A program made the translations under genes and the position numbers. A stretch of 64,000 nucleotides of DNA from an uncultured Salinivenus sp. (GTDB lineage Bacteria > Bacteroidota > Rhodothermia > Rhodothermales > Salinibacteraceae): assembly GCA_964502085.1 (NCBI GenBank), contig CAZCUZ010000004.1, forward strand, positions 278 to 64,277. The letters are read 5' to 3'. The notes under the pieces are model-generated. The model saw only the letters and a list, made by a program, of their open reading frames with translations. It was not told the origin of the DNA and made no database searches. This document shows, in pieces, positions 18,744 through 29,538 of this stretch (its first letter is position 1; each line of letters opens with the position of its first letter).

Positions 18744-19580
18744 ATGCCTCCCCCCTCCGACCCGCCGAGTGCAACCGCGACCCCCCCGCAGCCCACGCAC
18801 CCAGTGGCCGAGTGGACCGTGACGGACGCGGCCCTCGAGTTTCGCTGGACCCTTCTGCCGGACGTGGACGCGTACCGCCTTCAGATTGCCGCCTCGGAGT
18901 CGTTTGAGACGATCTACTACGATGAGGGGGTCGACGGGCCGACGGTCGTGGAATTCGCCGAGGTGCTGCCCGACGATGCCGTGACGGTAGCCTGGCGCGT
19001 GCGTGCGGAAGGAGACGAGGACACACCCTGGAGCGCGCCGGCCGTCTTTGCCGTGTCCGACGAGGACCCGGACGACGAGGCGGAGTTTTTGGTCGATGCA
19101 CCGCCCGTGCCCGTCCGACCGATTCAAGGAGATGCAGTCAATCCGGAGGGGGCGACCCTCACCTGGGACGGGGTGCCGGAGGCCAGCGGCTACCGGGTGC
19201 AGGTGAGCAATGCGGAGTCCTTCGAGGACCCCCTCGTGGATCTAACCCTCGGCCACACCCCGCACCTCACGCTGTACGACCCCCTCTCGACGGCGGACGG
19301 AACGCTCTTTTGGCGCGTCCGGGCGCTCTTTCCCAACGGCACAGAAGGGCCGTGGAGCGAGACCGTTCAGTTTGACGCGGCGTCGGTCCCGGCCGCCGAG
19401 GCGGAGCTCGCGGCCGAAGGGGACGAGCCCGCCGGGGAGGCCCCGTCCGTGAAGCGATCACCCGTGGCGGCCGGTCCGGCCCGCCGTTCGCACACCAGCA
19501 ACACAATGGTCCTCACTTTCATTTCGGTGTTGCTCGTGAGTTTTCTTCTCACGATCGTTCTCATCATGTGGGCCGTTTAG
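18744..19580 (+). CDS. Hypothetical protein with two Ig/FN3-like repeats and a C-terminal TM helix
   Basis: Duplicated W...YR(L/V)Q...F...WRVRA...WS motif; hydrophobic C-terminus; no signal peptide. Confidence 0.72.
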   Translation: MPPPSDPPSATATPPQPTHPVAEWTVTDAALEFRWTLLPDVDAYRLQIAASESFETIYYDEGVDGPTVVEFAEVLPDDAVTVAWRVRAEGDEDTPWSAPAVFAVSDEDPDDEAEFLVDAPPVPVRPIQGDAVNPEGATLTWDGVPEASGYRVQVSNAESFEDPLVDLTLGHTPHLTLYDPLSTADGTLFWRVRALFPNGTEGPWSETVQFDAASVPAAEAELAAEGDEPAGEAPSVKRSPVAAGPARRSHTSNTMVLTFISVLLVSFLLTIVLIMWAV

Positions 19581-19628
19581 AAAGTGCGGGCACCTTTCGA
19601 TGACAAATTTTCAAACGGCCGTTTTTCT

Positions 19629-20579
19629 ATGATTCAGCGTCGCACCGTCGGCATTGTCGGCACCGGAAACGTCGGCCGAGCGGCCGCCTATGCCCTTTAC
19701 AATCAGGGGCTGGCCAGCGAAATCCTGCTTCACGACAAGGACACCCGCCGGGCTGAGGGGGAGGCCATGGATCTGATGCACGGCCAACTGCTGGTGGGGC
19801 GGGTCACGTGTCGGGCCGTGGACTATCCGGCGATGAACGACGCGCAGGTCATCGTCCTCGCGGCCGGCAGCAGTCAGGCGTCCGCGGACGAGACGCGGCT
19901 CGACCTGCTCGGCCGCAACGCCCGGATTTTCCGTGAGATTATCGGCGAGCTCGATGACCACGCGCCCGGGGCCATTCTCGTGGTGGCCACCAATCCGGTG
20001 GACGTGCTCACCTACCTCTCTCAGGAGATGAGCGACCGGCCGAATGAGCGGATTATCGGGACCGGGACGCTGCTGGACACTGCCCGGTTCCGGGCGCTTC
20101 TCGGGCGGCACTACGGCGTGGATCCCCGCTCCGTTCACGCCTACATCCTCGGCGAGCACGGCGACACGGAGGTGCCCATCTGGAGCAATGCCACGATCGG
20201 CGGACAGGACATTCAGGGGCGCACCGTGCTGGGGCAGGAATGGAATCCGGACGAGATGCAGGCCCTGTTCGAGGAAGCACGGGACGCGGCCTACGAGATC
20301 ATCGATCGGAAGGGGTACACCGACTCGGCCATCGGCGTCGTGATCGCACGCATCGTTCGGGCGGTCCTGGAGGACCAGCAGAACGTGCTTCCGGTGAGCG
20401 TCCGGCAGGAGGGGGCGTACGGGATCACGGACGTGTGTCTGAGCACGCCCTGCGTGGTGGGCATCGAGGGGGTGAAGCGGCACGTCGTCCCCGATCTGTC
20501 GGAGGACGAAGGGGAGGCACTCCGGGCCTCCGCCGCGGCCCTTCGCGAGAGCCGCGACAACCTCGATTTTTCGTTCTGA
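19629..20579 (+). CDS. ldh: L-lactate dehydrogenase
   Basis: GTGNVG, loop AGSSQ...ETRLDL (Gln specificity residue), ATNPVD, GEHGD. Confidence 0.9.
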   Translation: MIQRRTVGIVGTGNVGRAAAYALYNQGLASEILLHDKDTRRAEGEAMDLMHGQLLVGRVTCRAVDYPAMNDAQVIVLAAGSSQASADETRLDLLGRNARIFREIIGELDDHAPGAILVVATNPVDVLTYLSQEMSDRPNERIIGTGTLLDTARFRALLGRHYGVDPRSVHAYILGEHGDTEVPIWSNATIGGQDIQGRTVLGQEWNPDEMQALFEEARDAAYEIIDRKGYTDSAIGVVIARIVRAVLEDQQNVLPVSVRQEGAYGITDVCLSTPCVVGIEGVKRHVVPDLSEDEGEALRASAAALRESRDNLDFSF

Positions 20580-20600
20580 TTCCAGCGGAACGGAGGGGCG

Positions 20601-21779
20601 CTAGGACGTGGGGAGGTCCGGCTTCGTGACGCCGGTTGCGTTTGCCTCCTCGTCCGACGAATTGTCGATGGGCGCGCCGTCGCCGGACGGCTCTTCGACG
20701 GTCGGCTCGTCCTCCTCGTCCCAGTTCTCGATGGCCTCGAGGACGGTGTCCACGATCTCGTCTTCGGGTACCGTGTCCACCACCTCTCCGTGCTTGAAGA
20801 AGTGCGCGCGGCCCCGCCCCAGCGAAATGCCGAGGTCGGCCCCGGCGGCCTCGCCCGGGCCGTTGACGGCACAGCCCATCAGGGCCACGTTCAGGTCCTT
20901 GTCGAAGTTGCGGTCGGCCACGGCCTCCTCTACCTCCTCGACAATGGAGAAGAGATCGCCCACGAGGCGTCCGCACGTCGGGCACGCGATGATGTTGACG
21001 CCGGGACGCCCAATCCCGAGCGACTTGAGGATGCGGTGGCCCACCTTTACCTCTTCGACGGGATCGGCGGCGAGCGACACGCGAATCGTATCGCCGATGC
21101 CGTCGGCCAGCAAGGACCCGATGCCGATGGAGCTCTTCACGGTGCCGGTGTCGAGGGTGCCGCTCTCCGTCACGCCCAGGTGCAGCGGGTACTCCGTTTC
21201 CTCGGCCACCCGACGGTAGGCCTGGATCATGTACGTCGGATCGGAGTGCTTCACCGAGATGACGATGTCCTCGAAGTCGTTTTTGTGGCATACCTCCACG
21301 TGACGCATGGCGCTCTCGAAGAGGGCCTCCGGCTTCGGGTAGCCGTGCGTCTCCAGGATGTCCTCTTCGAGGGAGCCGGAGTTGACGCCGATTCGGATGG
21401 GGAGCCCCGCCTCCTTTGCGGCCTGAAGTACCTCGCGCTCCCACTCGGGCTTGCCGATGTTGCCGGGGTTGATGCGGACCTTGTCGACCCCCGCCTCGAT
21501 GGCCTGCAGGGCGTACTGATAGTTAAAGTGAATGTCGGCCACGATCGGGACGTCGGCCCCCTGCACGACATCGCCCAGGGCGTCGGCGTCCTCGGGGCGA
21601 GGCACGGCCACCCGCACGATGTCGGCCCCGGCCTCCGCCAGCCGGTCGATCTCGTCGAGGGTCGACTCCACGTCGTGGGTCTTGGTGGTGGTCATCGACT
21701 GGACGGAGACGGGGGCGTCTCCCCCGATCTGCACGTCCCCGACCTGGACGGGACGGGTCTCGCGGCGTGGGCGGTCCAT
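20601..21779 (-). CDS. ispG: HMBPP synthase
   Basis: VQSMT, ADIHF, RINPGNIG, CPTCGR, MGCAVNGPGE. Confidence 0.97.
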   Translation of the reverse strand: MDRPRRETRPVQVGDVQIGGDAPVSVQSMTTTKTHDVESTLDEIDRLAEAGADIVRVAVPRPEDADALGDVVQGADVPIVADIHFNYQYALQAIEAGVDKVRINPGNIGKPEWEREVLQAAKEAGLPIRIGVNSGSLEEDILETHGYPKPEALFESAMRHVEVCHKNDFEDIVISVKHSDPTYMIQAYRRVAEETEYPLHLGVTESGTLDTGTVKSSIGIGSLLADGIGDTIRVSLAADPVEEVKVGHRILKSLGIGRPGVNIIACPTCGRLVGDLFSIVEEVEEAVADRNFDKDLNVALMGCAVNGPGEAAGADLGISLGRGRAHFFKHGEVVDTVPEDEIVDTVLEAIENWDEEDEPTVEEPSGDGAPIDNSSDEEANATGVTKPDLPTS

Positions 21780-21973
21780 GGAAGGAGGTGATTTGATGCA
21801 AAAAAGCGGACAACGTCACTGCTACGAGGGCACGCGGCAAAGGCTCCGAAGGTCGGTCCGTTCGGCCCGTCCCATCGTCGTCACGTGTATTCCTTTTAAA
21901 AGGAGATTGACATCGTCTCTGCAGGGGGCGACGAATGCTGCCTCGGAATTCGCCCTTCGAAAATCGTCATTGC

Positions 21974-22897
21974 TCAGGACTCGCTCGCCTCGTAGAGCGT
22001 CTGCTTTTCCTCGTCGCTGAGCGCGTCGTAGCCCTGCTCACTGATCTTGTCGAGAATGCGGTCGACCTCTTTCGATCGGGAGCCGGAGCGGCGCGACGGG
22101 GCGCCGTCCGAGGAGGAGGGACGCCGGCGGGAGGGCGCGTCGTTTGTGGGCCGTTCGCTTTGGAAGAGGCCCTTAAAGCGGTCCAGTAGACTCGGGGAGC
22201 GCGAGGATCGGCGTGATCGCGTGCTGCCGAAGAGGGGCGCCAGCCACGCGGGGACGCCGATCTCGCCCCGCACCACCTTTGCGTAGAGGAACCCGGAAAG
22301 GGCTCCGCCCCAGTGGGCCGCCACGGCCGTTCCGCTGGTCGACAGCATCAGCAGGGCGTCGATGATGAGGAATCCGATGACGAGGTACAGCAGCCGCACG
22401 ACCCCGAAGAAGAGCAGGCCGATCTGTTTGTAGGGGTAGAGGATGGCGACCGTCATAATGACGCCGAGCACCGAGGCGGAGGCCCCGACGACCGGGGTGA
22501 CGCCTGTGCCGGTGATGTCCGGAAACAGGGGCTGGAGCAGCAGGCACATGACGCCGCCGCCGATTCCGGTGAGGAGATAGACGGTCCAGAACTGCTGGGA
22601 TCCGTGCATGCGCTCGAACTCCTTCCCGATCCAGTACAGCCACAGCATGTTGAACCCGACGTGCAGCAGGCCGCCGAGCCCCCCGCTCGTGTGCATGAAG
22701 TTGTACGTGAGGAGCTGCCACGGCTCAAAGAGGACGTCCGGAAAGACCGGATGGAGCGCGAAGTGCTCCATAATGAACCGGAGACCTGCGGGCCACAGGT
22801 GCAGGAATTGAGCCAGGACGTACACCGCCACGTTGATCGTGATGATGGTGCGGAGCGCCTGTGGCTGGCGATAATACCAGGTCTGAAACTGATTCAC
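21974..22897 (-). CDS. Rhomboid protease with C-terminal soluble tail
   Basis: FMH...HVGFNM, GASA, AHWGGA; EVDRILDKIS...GYDALS tail; GTG start inferred. Confidence 0.88.
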   Translation of the reverse strand: MNQFQTWYYRQPQALRTIITINVAVYVLAQFLHLWPAGLRFIMEHFALHPVFPDVLFEPWQLLTYNFMHTSGGLGGLLHVGFNMLWLYWIGKEFERMHGSQQFWTVYLLTGIGGGVMCLLLQPLFPDITGTGVTPVVGASASVLGVIMTVAILYPYKQIGLLFFGVVRLLYLVIGFLIIDALLMLSTSGTAVAAHWGGALSGFLYAKVVRGEIGVPAWLAPLFGSTRSRRSSRSPSLLDRFKGLFQSERPTNDAPSRRRPSSSDGAPSRRSGSRSKEVDRILDKISEQGYDALSDEEKQTLYEASES

Positions 22898-23112
22898 GGC
22901 CGTGTGTGTGGCTGTTGAACCCCCAGGTTGAAGAATACGAGGAGCCCCGACCCACGATGGGCGGTCGAGAGCACAGAACATATATCGGTTTTACCGCGCA
23001 AACCGGGGAAGGTTTGCAATCTTCGCAGTGGGCAGTCGGCGCGTTGCGGGTATCGTTTTTTCGGTCTCCCCCGAGCCGTCCGGTCCATCAACTGCACACC
23101 GCAAAATGAGGA

Positions 23113-23859
23113 TCACCACCGCATCGAGCGATCCGGTTGGACGGGCAGCTTTCCTCGCCAGTACTGGATGAGGAAGAATCCGACGACCATCCCGCCCAGG
23201 TGGGCAAAATTGGCGACGCCGGCAGACGTGCCCGTGACCGCCGAGTACAGTTCGAGGGCTCCGAATCCGATGACGAGCCACTTGGCCCGGATGGGAAACA
23301 GAAACCAGAGGTAAATGGGCTGATTCGGAAACATCATGCCGAAGGCGAGGAGAATGCCGTACACGCCTCCCGACGCCCCGACCGTTGGAACGGCGGCCTG
23401 GACGGTGCCCTGGGTCGTGTGAAGGATCTGTTCGTTCGGGACGAAGAGGAGATGAGTGAGCGCGGCTCCGAGCACGCAGGCAAAATAAAAGACGCCGAAG
23501 CGCTGAGAGCCCCATCGGTTTTCCACTTGCACCCCAAACATCCAGAGCGCAAACATATTGAAGAAGAGGTGGCCGAAGCTCCCGTGCAGGAAGCTGTAAC
23601 TGATCAGCTGCCACGGCCAGAATCCCGGGATTGCCCCGATTTCATTCGAAATCACGAGGGCCCCTTGCGCCGCTGCTCCCGGCGGATACAAGGCGAGACT
23701 GTTGAGAACGTTGGCCAGGAGAGACGACGCCGCGAGGGTGTTGGCCGCCACGAACTGGGCGAGAAAAAACAGCCCGTTGAGAATCAGGAGGTTCTTGATG
23801 ACGGGAGGCATCACCGAAAATTGGGTCGGCGGCCGGTAGGAGGTTTGGCGTCGCGGCAT
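23113..23859 (-). CDS. Rhomboid protease
   Basis: FLHGSFGHLFFNM, GASGG, AHLGG. Confidence 0.92.
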   Translation of the reverse strand: MPRRQTSYRPPTQFSVMPPVIKNLLILNGLFFLAQFVAANTLAASSLLANVLNSLALYPPGAAAQGALVISNEIGAIPGFWPWQLISYSFLHGSFGHLFFNMFALWMFGVQVENRWGSQRFGVFYFACVLGAALTHLLFVPNEQILHTTQGTVQAAVPTVGASGGVYGILLAFGMMFPNQPIYLWFLFPIRAKWLVIGFGALELYSAVTGTSAGVANFAHLGGMVVGFFLIQYWRGKLPVQPDRSMRW

Positions 23860-24067
23860 GTGAGGGACAGAACCGTGCGGTGTGAACGGAGGACGGACAT
23901 TGGCTGGTCGAAATCTCCTTCCTCTACGGATCCCCTTGCCGTTGCGTTCGGGGAGATCTGTTCAGCCTCCGGAAAGTCCCCATTCGGGAGAGCGGGACCG
24001 AATAGGAGATGCCCGCCGGCAGGAGGGGGACTCGTATTTCGCCGAATGATCGATTGGACGGACTGCC

Positions 24068-24820
24068 GTGGTTCTGTTTTTATCCGACGTGCACTTTGGC
24101 CGAGAGGGGAGAACAGAGGAACGGAAGAAGGAGTCGGCCCTCATCGAGTGTTTGGATGCCCACGCCGATCGGGTGCGTCACCTCTATCTGCTGGGAGACG
24201 TATTTGACGGCTACATCGAATACCGTCATTTGATTCCCAAGGGCTTCGTTCGGTTTCAGGCGCTCCTCGCCCGATGGACCGACCGCGGTATTCCCGTTAC
24301 GTACCTCTTCGGGAACCACGATCCCTGGCATCGGGACTACTTTGCCCAGGAGCTCGGGGTCACCCTCGTGCCGGAGGCGCTCGACGTCACCCACGAGGAA
24401 AGCCGGTTTCGTCTCGCCCACGGAGATGCAGAGGCGTCGACCCACGCTTCCTACGCCTGGCTGCGACCGCTGCTGCGCCACCCTGTGGCCGTCGGTCTCT
24501 ACCGGTCGCTCCTCCCGGCCGATGCGGGACTGGCCCTGGCCCACCGCGTGAGCCGTACGCTGTACGACCCCGCGCCCGATCCGGCCGTCGTCCGGGCGCT
24601 TCGACTCCGCGCCCGGGCGCTCCTGGATGAGAAACCGTTCGATTCGGTCGTGATGGGCCACAGCCACGAGCCTGTCCTGCATCACTGGCCCGAGGGCGTG
24701 TACGTAAATACAGGAAACTGGTACGAACGACGCACCTTCGCTCGTTTAGAGAACGGGTGGCTTCACCTTGCGAGGTGGAACGGCACGCGTGCCCTCGACA
24801 TTGAATCGGCTGAACTGTAG
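24068..24820 (+). CDS. lpxH: UDP-2,3-diacylglucosamine diphosphatase-like metallophosphoesterase
   Basis: SDVHFG, LGDVFD, GNHD, HGD, MGHSH, NTGNW. Confidence 0.8.
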   Translation: MVLFLSDVHFGREGRTEERKKESALIECLDAHADRVRHLYLLGDVFDGYIEYRHLIPKGFVRFQALLARWTDRGIPVTYLFGNHDPWHRDYFAQELGVTLVPEALDVTHEESRFRLAHGDAEASTHASYAWLRPLLRHPVAVGLYRSLLPADAGLALAHRVSRTLYDPAPDPAVVRALRLRARALLDEKPFDSVVMGHSHEPVLHHWPEGVYVNTGNWYERRTFARLENGWLHLARWNGTRALDIESAEL

Positions 24821-24910
24821 CTCCAATTGGCTGGGTCTTTAGGCCGCCGCCCCGAAGGACGATTTCCTTCGATCGATGTATCCCTTTTGCTCCTGACTTT
24901 CAACTCGACC

Positions 24911-27289
24911 ATGTCTGAGTGGTCATATTCGGAAGAAGAACTCGACGAGTACTTTAGCGATCCCTCCGTTCGCGACGAGGCGCTCGGTGAAGACGGTCAG
25001 TTGGAGAACGGCGAGTCGCCTCGGGATGGAGACCGGCCCACCGACGGCGTTCGAGGCTTTTTTCACCGACGGATCGACGATCCGGAGATGGCACAGGCCG
25101 CGGTAGCGCTCTCGGTCATCGCCGGCGTTCTTCTCGTGGGCGGGTTGACGCTCGGGATCTACGTCTGGACCTTGACCGACGACCTGCCCTCGACGGAGCG
25201 GCTGGAGAACCCCTCGATGCAGTTGTCGACCATCGCCTACACGGCCGACGGGGAGGAGCTGGCCCGGTTCGGGACGCAAAACCGCTCCTGGGTCCCCTAC
25301 GACAGCATCTCCCAGCACGTCGTTCACGCCCTCGTCGCGACCGAGGATCATCGGTTCCGCGAGCACTGGGGCGTCGATCCGGTGGGCGTCATGGCCGCGA
25401 CGATCGATATTCTCACCGGCAACTTTCGGGGGGCGTCCACGATTACGCAGCAGCTGGCGCGAAATCTCTACAATGAGAAGGTGGGCCGGGCCGTAACCAT
25501 TAACCGGAAGCTGAAAGAAATGGTGACCGCCGTGGAGCTGGAGCGGCGGTACACGAAGCAGGAAATCATCGAGATGTACCTCAATACGGTCGGCTTCGGA
25601 AGCAACGCCTACGGCATCGAAGCGGCTGCCCGCACGTTCTACGGAGTGCCCGCCAAGGAGCTCAACGAGCTGCAGGCCGCAACCCTCATCGGGTCCCTTC
25701 GGGCCACCAGTTACTACAATCCGCTTCGCAACCCCGGCAATGCGCAGCGACGGCGCAACGTCGTGCTTCGGCTCATGATCGGGCAGGGGTACGTCGATCG
25801 CTCCTTTTACGAGGAGCACCGCGACGATCCGGTGGGGGCCACGTACAATTCGGAGGAGATTTATGCCTCGTTTGCCCCCTACTTTGCCGAGCACGTGCGC
25901 AACCTGCTGGGGCAGTGGTCCAATGATCCCAGCCATCCACTGAGCAATTACGACGTGTACGCCGACGGCCTTCGGGTCTATACGACGCTCGACCACAAAC
26001 TCCAGCAAATGGCCCACGACGCCGTTTCCAATCAAATGTCGGCCCTGCAAAAGGTAGTAGGGTACGAGTGGAGTCGCCAAGACTCGTTGCTCTATAGCCA
26101 GACCCTTGCCGACTATCGTGACCTCACGCCCGGGGAGGACTACGAGCCCTTCGAGTACTTCTGGCAGGCCAATCCGGAGGTACTATCAGAGGCGATTCGG
26201 GGGACGGCTCGGTACGACTCGCTTCTGTCAGATGGGATGGACGAAGAAGAGGCCCTCGAACAGCTGCGCAGCGACGAGTCGGTCGTCGATTCCCTCAAAC
26301 ACCTGAAGAGCCGACTCGGGGCGGGATTCGTGTCTCTCGATCCCCGCAACAACCACGTGAAGGTGTGGGTTGGGGGGCGAGACTTTCGATCGGACAAGTA
26401 CGACAAGGTGGGCATTGCCCGGCGCCAGCCGGGGTCGACGTTCAAGCCGTTCACGTACACGGCGGCCATCGACAACGGCTATTCCCCCTACGACAAGCTC
26501 CAGGACACTACGTTTACCTGGGAGGATACGGGGGCCGACACGACGTGGACGCCGAAGAATTATACCGGACAGTCGACGGGGCAAATGCTCACCTTGAGTC
26601 AGGGACTCGCGAACTCGAAGAACACCGTCACGGCCCGTCTCGCGCTCGACATTAATCCGAGCACGGTGGTGCAGTACGCGCGTCGCATGGGCATTCGAGA
26701 GAGCACCCTGGAGGCGGTGCCCTCCGTGGCGCTCGGCACGAGCAACGTCACGCTCCTGGAGATGGCGGCGGCCTACTCGACTCTCGCCAACGGCGGCCTC
26801 TACAACGAGCCCGTGTCCATCACCCGCATTGAAGACCGCTACGGCAACGTCATTTGGGAAGCGAGCCCGAGTCCGAGTGAGGCCCTTTCCGAGCGAACGG
26901 CCTACACGGTCGTAGACATGATGCGGGGCGTCGTCGACTACGGAACCGGTCAGCGGATTCGGACGCAGTTCAACCTCGGAGACTACGACCTCGCCGGAAA
27001 GACCGGAACCACCCAGCACTCGGCCGACACCTGGTTCATGCTCATGCATCCGGAGCTGGTCAGTGGGGCCTGGGTCGGCTTTGACGATCCGCGGTTCACC
27101 TTCCGGACCGGCTTCTGGGGGCAGGGCTCCCACAGCGCTCTGTTCCTCGTCGGCGATTTCTATCGAAGCATTGCAGAGTCGGATTCCGTGTCGCTCCTGA
27201 CGGAGGGGGCTACCTTTCCGATGGTCGAAGGATACGGAGCTCCTGAGGACACGAGTGATGCACAGGATGACGGACGCCTCGGCTGGTAA
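24911..27289 (+). CDS. Class A penicillin-binding protein (PBP1A family)
   Basis: EDHRF, GASTITQQLARN, RKLKE; STFK, SKN, KTGT transpeptidase motifs; one TM segment. Confidence 0.93.
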   Translation: MSEWSYSEEELDEYFSDPSVRDEALGEDGQLENGESPRDGDRPTDGVRGFFHRRIDDPEMAQAAVALSVIAGVLLVGGLTLGIYVWTLTDDLPSTERLENPSMQLSTIAYTADGEELARFGTQNRSWVPYDSISQHVVHALVATEDHRFREHWGVDPVGVMAATIDILTGNFRGASTITQQLARNLYNEKVGRAVTINRKLKEMVTAVELERRYTKQEIIEMYLNTVGFGSNAYGIEAAARTFYGVPAKELNELQAATLIGSLRATSYYNPLRNPGNAQRRRNVVLRLMIGQGYVDRSFYEEHRDDPVGATYNSEEIYASFAPYFAEHVRNLLGQWSNDPSHPLSNYDVYADGLRVYTTLDHKLQQMAHDAVSNQMSALQKVVGYEWSRQDSLLYSQTLADYRDLTPGEDYEPFEYFWQANPEVLSEAIRGTARYDSLLSDGMDEEEALEQLRSDESVVDSLKHLKSRLGAGFVSLDPRNNHVKVWVGGRDFRSDKYDKVGIARRQPGSTFKPFTYTAAIDNGYSPYDKLQDTTFTWEDTGADTTWTPKNYTGQSTGQMLTLSQGLANSKNTVTARLALDINPSTVVQYARRMGIRESTLEAVPSVALGTSNVTLLEMAAAYSTLANGGLYNEPVSITRIEDRYGNVIWEASPSPSEALSERTAYTVVDMMRGVVDYGTGQRIRTQFNLGDYDLAGKTGTTQHSADTWFMLMHPELVSGAWVGFDDPRFTFRTGFWGQGSHSALFLVGDFYRSIAESDSVSLLTEGATFPMVEGYGAPEDTSDAQDDGRLGW

Positions 27290-27375
27290 CGACAGTGTCG
27301 AATGAGGGTTGCGAGGGGAGAAGGGGAGTTTCGTCGTCCCGCCGGTTTAACAATCGCCAATCGCAGTTCGAAACG

Positions 27376-28653
27376 GTGAAGCTTCTGCACACGGCCGACA
27401 TTCATCTCGGCGTGAAGACCTACGGCCGTCGGGACCCGGAGACCGGCCTCAACACGCGCCTCCTCGACGTTCGACGCTCGTTTGAGTCCCTCGTCCAGCG
27501 GGCCCTCGACGACGCGGTTGACGCATTTCTCTTTTGCGGCGACGCGTATCACACGACCGACCCCACGCCCACACAGCAGAAGCTCTTTGCGGAATGTTTG
27601 CAGCCCCTGGCCGATGCAGGCATCCCGATGATCATGATCGTCGGCAACCACGACCACCCGGTCACCTACGGACGGGCCTCCTCGCTCGACATCTTCGAGT
27701 TCGTCGACGGCGACGTCTACTGTTTTCGACGACCGCCCTCGTCGGTACAGGTCGTCGACACCGAGAGCGGCCCGCTGCAGCTGATTCCCCTGCCGTGGCC
27801 GATTCGGAGCCAGATTCTCACGAAGGAGGAGTATCGCTCGATGACGCCGGAGGAGCTTCGGCAGTTCATCGAGGAGACGTACGTGGACTACGTTCGACGC
27901 CGAACGGGGGACATTCGGGACGAGACGGTCGTCGAGCGGGCGGATGGCACGGAGTACCGGTTGTCGCCGGACGTGCCGACCGTGCTCGCCGGGCACCTCA
28001 CCGTGCAGGGAGCGGAGCTCGCCGGGTCGGAGCGCACGACCGTCATTTCCTCCGAGCCCAAGTTTACGGTGGGCCAGCTGGCCGTGTCGCCGATTGATTA
28101 CGTGGCGCTCGGCCACGTTCACCGGGCCCAGAATCGGAATTCGGACGGACATCCCCCCGTCGTCTACGCAGGCAGCATCGAGCGGGTTACGTTCAAGGAG
28201 CGAGACGAGGAGAAAGGGGGGTACCGGGTGGACGTGGCACCGGAGGCCGATCCCTCCGTCCAGCTCACGTTCGTGCCGACCCCCGCCCGCCCCTTCGTGG
28301 CGATTCAGGTTGATGCCCGCGACGCCGACGAACCGACCGACCGCATTCTCAAAGCCATCGAGTCGGTGTCCGTCGACGACGCCGTCGTGCGGGTGCGGTA
28401 CCACGTCGAAGAGGCACAGCTCGCACAGGTCGATCAGTCCCGCGTCCGGGCGGCGCTTGAGGCCGCGGACACCATTGCCGGCATCGAGCGGACCGTCGAT
28501 CCGGCCGAGCGGCGCCGTCGCACCGTGGTCACGCGAGAGTCCGGTCTCGAGGAGGCCGTCCGCCAGTACGTGGCCCAGCACGACGAGCTGCAAAGCATCG
28601 AAGAGGACCTCGTAGACGCGGCGCTCGACCTACAGTCCGAACGTGCGTCGTAG
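27376..28653 (+). CDS. sbcD: SbcD/Mre11-family nuclease
   Basis: HTADIHLG, GDAYH, GNHD, DYVALGHVH, YAGSIER. Confidence 0.88.
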   Translation: MKLLHTADIHLGVKTYGRRDPETGLNTRLLDVRRSFESLVQRALDDAVDAFLFCGDAYHTTDPTPTQQKLFAECLQPLADAGIPMIMIVGNHDHPVTYGRASSLDIFEFVDGDVYCFRRPPSSVQVVDTESGPLQLIPLPWPIRSQILTKEEYRSMTPEELRQFIEETYVDYVRRRTGDIRDETVVERADGTEYRLSPDVPTVLAGHLTVQGAELAGSERTTVISSEPKFTVGQLAVSPIDYVALGHVHRAQNRNSDGHPPVVYAGSIERVTFKERDEEKGGYRVDVAPEADPSVQLTFVPTPARPFVAIQVDARDADEPTDRILKAIESVSVDDAVVRVRYHVEEAQLAQVDQSRVRAALEAADTIAGIERTVDPAERRRRTVVTRESGLEEAVRQYVAQHDELQSIEEDLVDAALDLQSERAS

Positions 28654-29033
28654 CGTGGGAAGCGGAAAGGAGAGAGCACTCTGCGTTCGGTCGTCGCGAT
28701 TGCACGGCCGAAGCATCGTGTAGAGTACGGCGGGGGCCGGCTCGTCGACGACGATTTCGTTGCAAGAAATACGCATTCAAGAGGGATGCAATCGCTGTTT
28801 CGTGGGAGGTTCGCATCGTGCAGGGTCCTCTGTCCAGATTCGGGTTGCATGTTCGCCGATCTGCGTCCATCTTGTGTGTATCCCAATTAGACATTTCGCT
28901 ATTCACGAAACTGTGCTCGTCCGGGGCACTTCCCGGCGACCGGTTTCAAATCATCGTACCCAAACCCGTGGATATCGAGAGCGAAACCGTAGTTATACCT
29001 CGTAAGGAAAACACGACCAAGAGCGAAGAGCCG

Positions 29034-29510
29034 ATGGAGGTCTGGCCGGTCGTCGAAGCGGCCCTGGACTCCATCGATGCCGATCCGACGACCCGAGAGG
29101 CGGCGAAGGCGGCCATGGAGGTCAGTGACGGCTGTGCCACGCTCGCCAATTTTCTCGTGAGTCAGGAGGACGAAGTGCCGAAGATGGACTTTCGGTTCAA
29201 GGTTCCTCTGCTCGTGCGGGCTGCCCAGCTCGGTCGGGAGGACGACGGGGTCGAGAGCATTTACGACCCGGAGGAAGGGATGCTTTACTTCGAGACCGAC
29301 GATCACCCGTTTGCCTTTCCCGTCCACGAGGACTGGACGGTCGACTGGGAGCGCGTGGCGGACGAGGTGCAGGACGGCTACCCGTGGGATGGTACGGAGA
29401 CCGAGGTCTGGGCGCTCGACTGGCTGATGGCGTACCTCGACGTGCCGTCCGACGACTACATGGTGGACAACGAAGACGAGGACGACGACCAGTACTACAG
29501 CCGTATTTGA
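29034..29510 (+). CDS. Acidic hypothetical protein
   Basis: Host-like codon usage and acidic composition from ATG 29034. Confidence 0.7.
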   Translation: MEVWPVVEAALDSIDADPTTREAAKAAMEVSDGCATLANFLVSQEDEVPKMDFRFKVPLLVRAAQLGREDDGVESIYDPEEGMLYFETDDHPFAFPVHEDWTVDWERVADEVQDGYPWDGTETEVWALDWLMAYLDVPSDDYMVDNEDEDDDQYYSRI

Positions 29511-29538
29511 CCGTCCTTCGTTTTTTACGGACTCGCCC

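Noticed and set aside
21974-23859. Tandem rhomboid proteases as a novelty
   Set aside because: This arrangement is common in Bacteroidota-related genomes.
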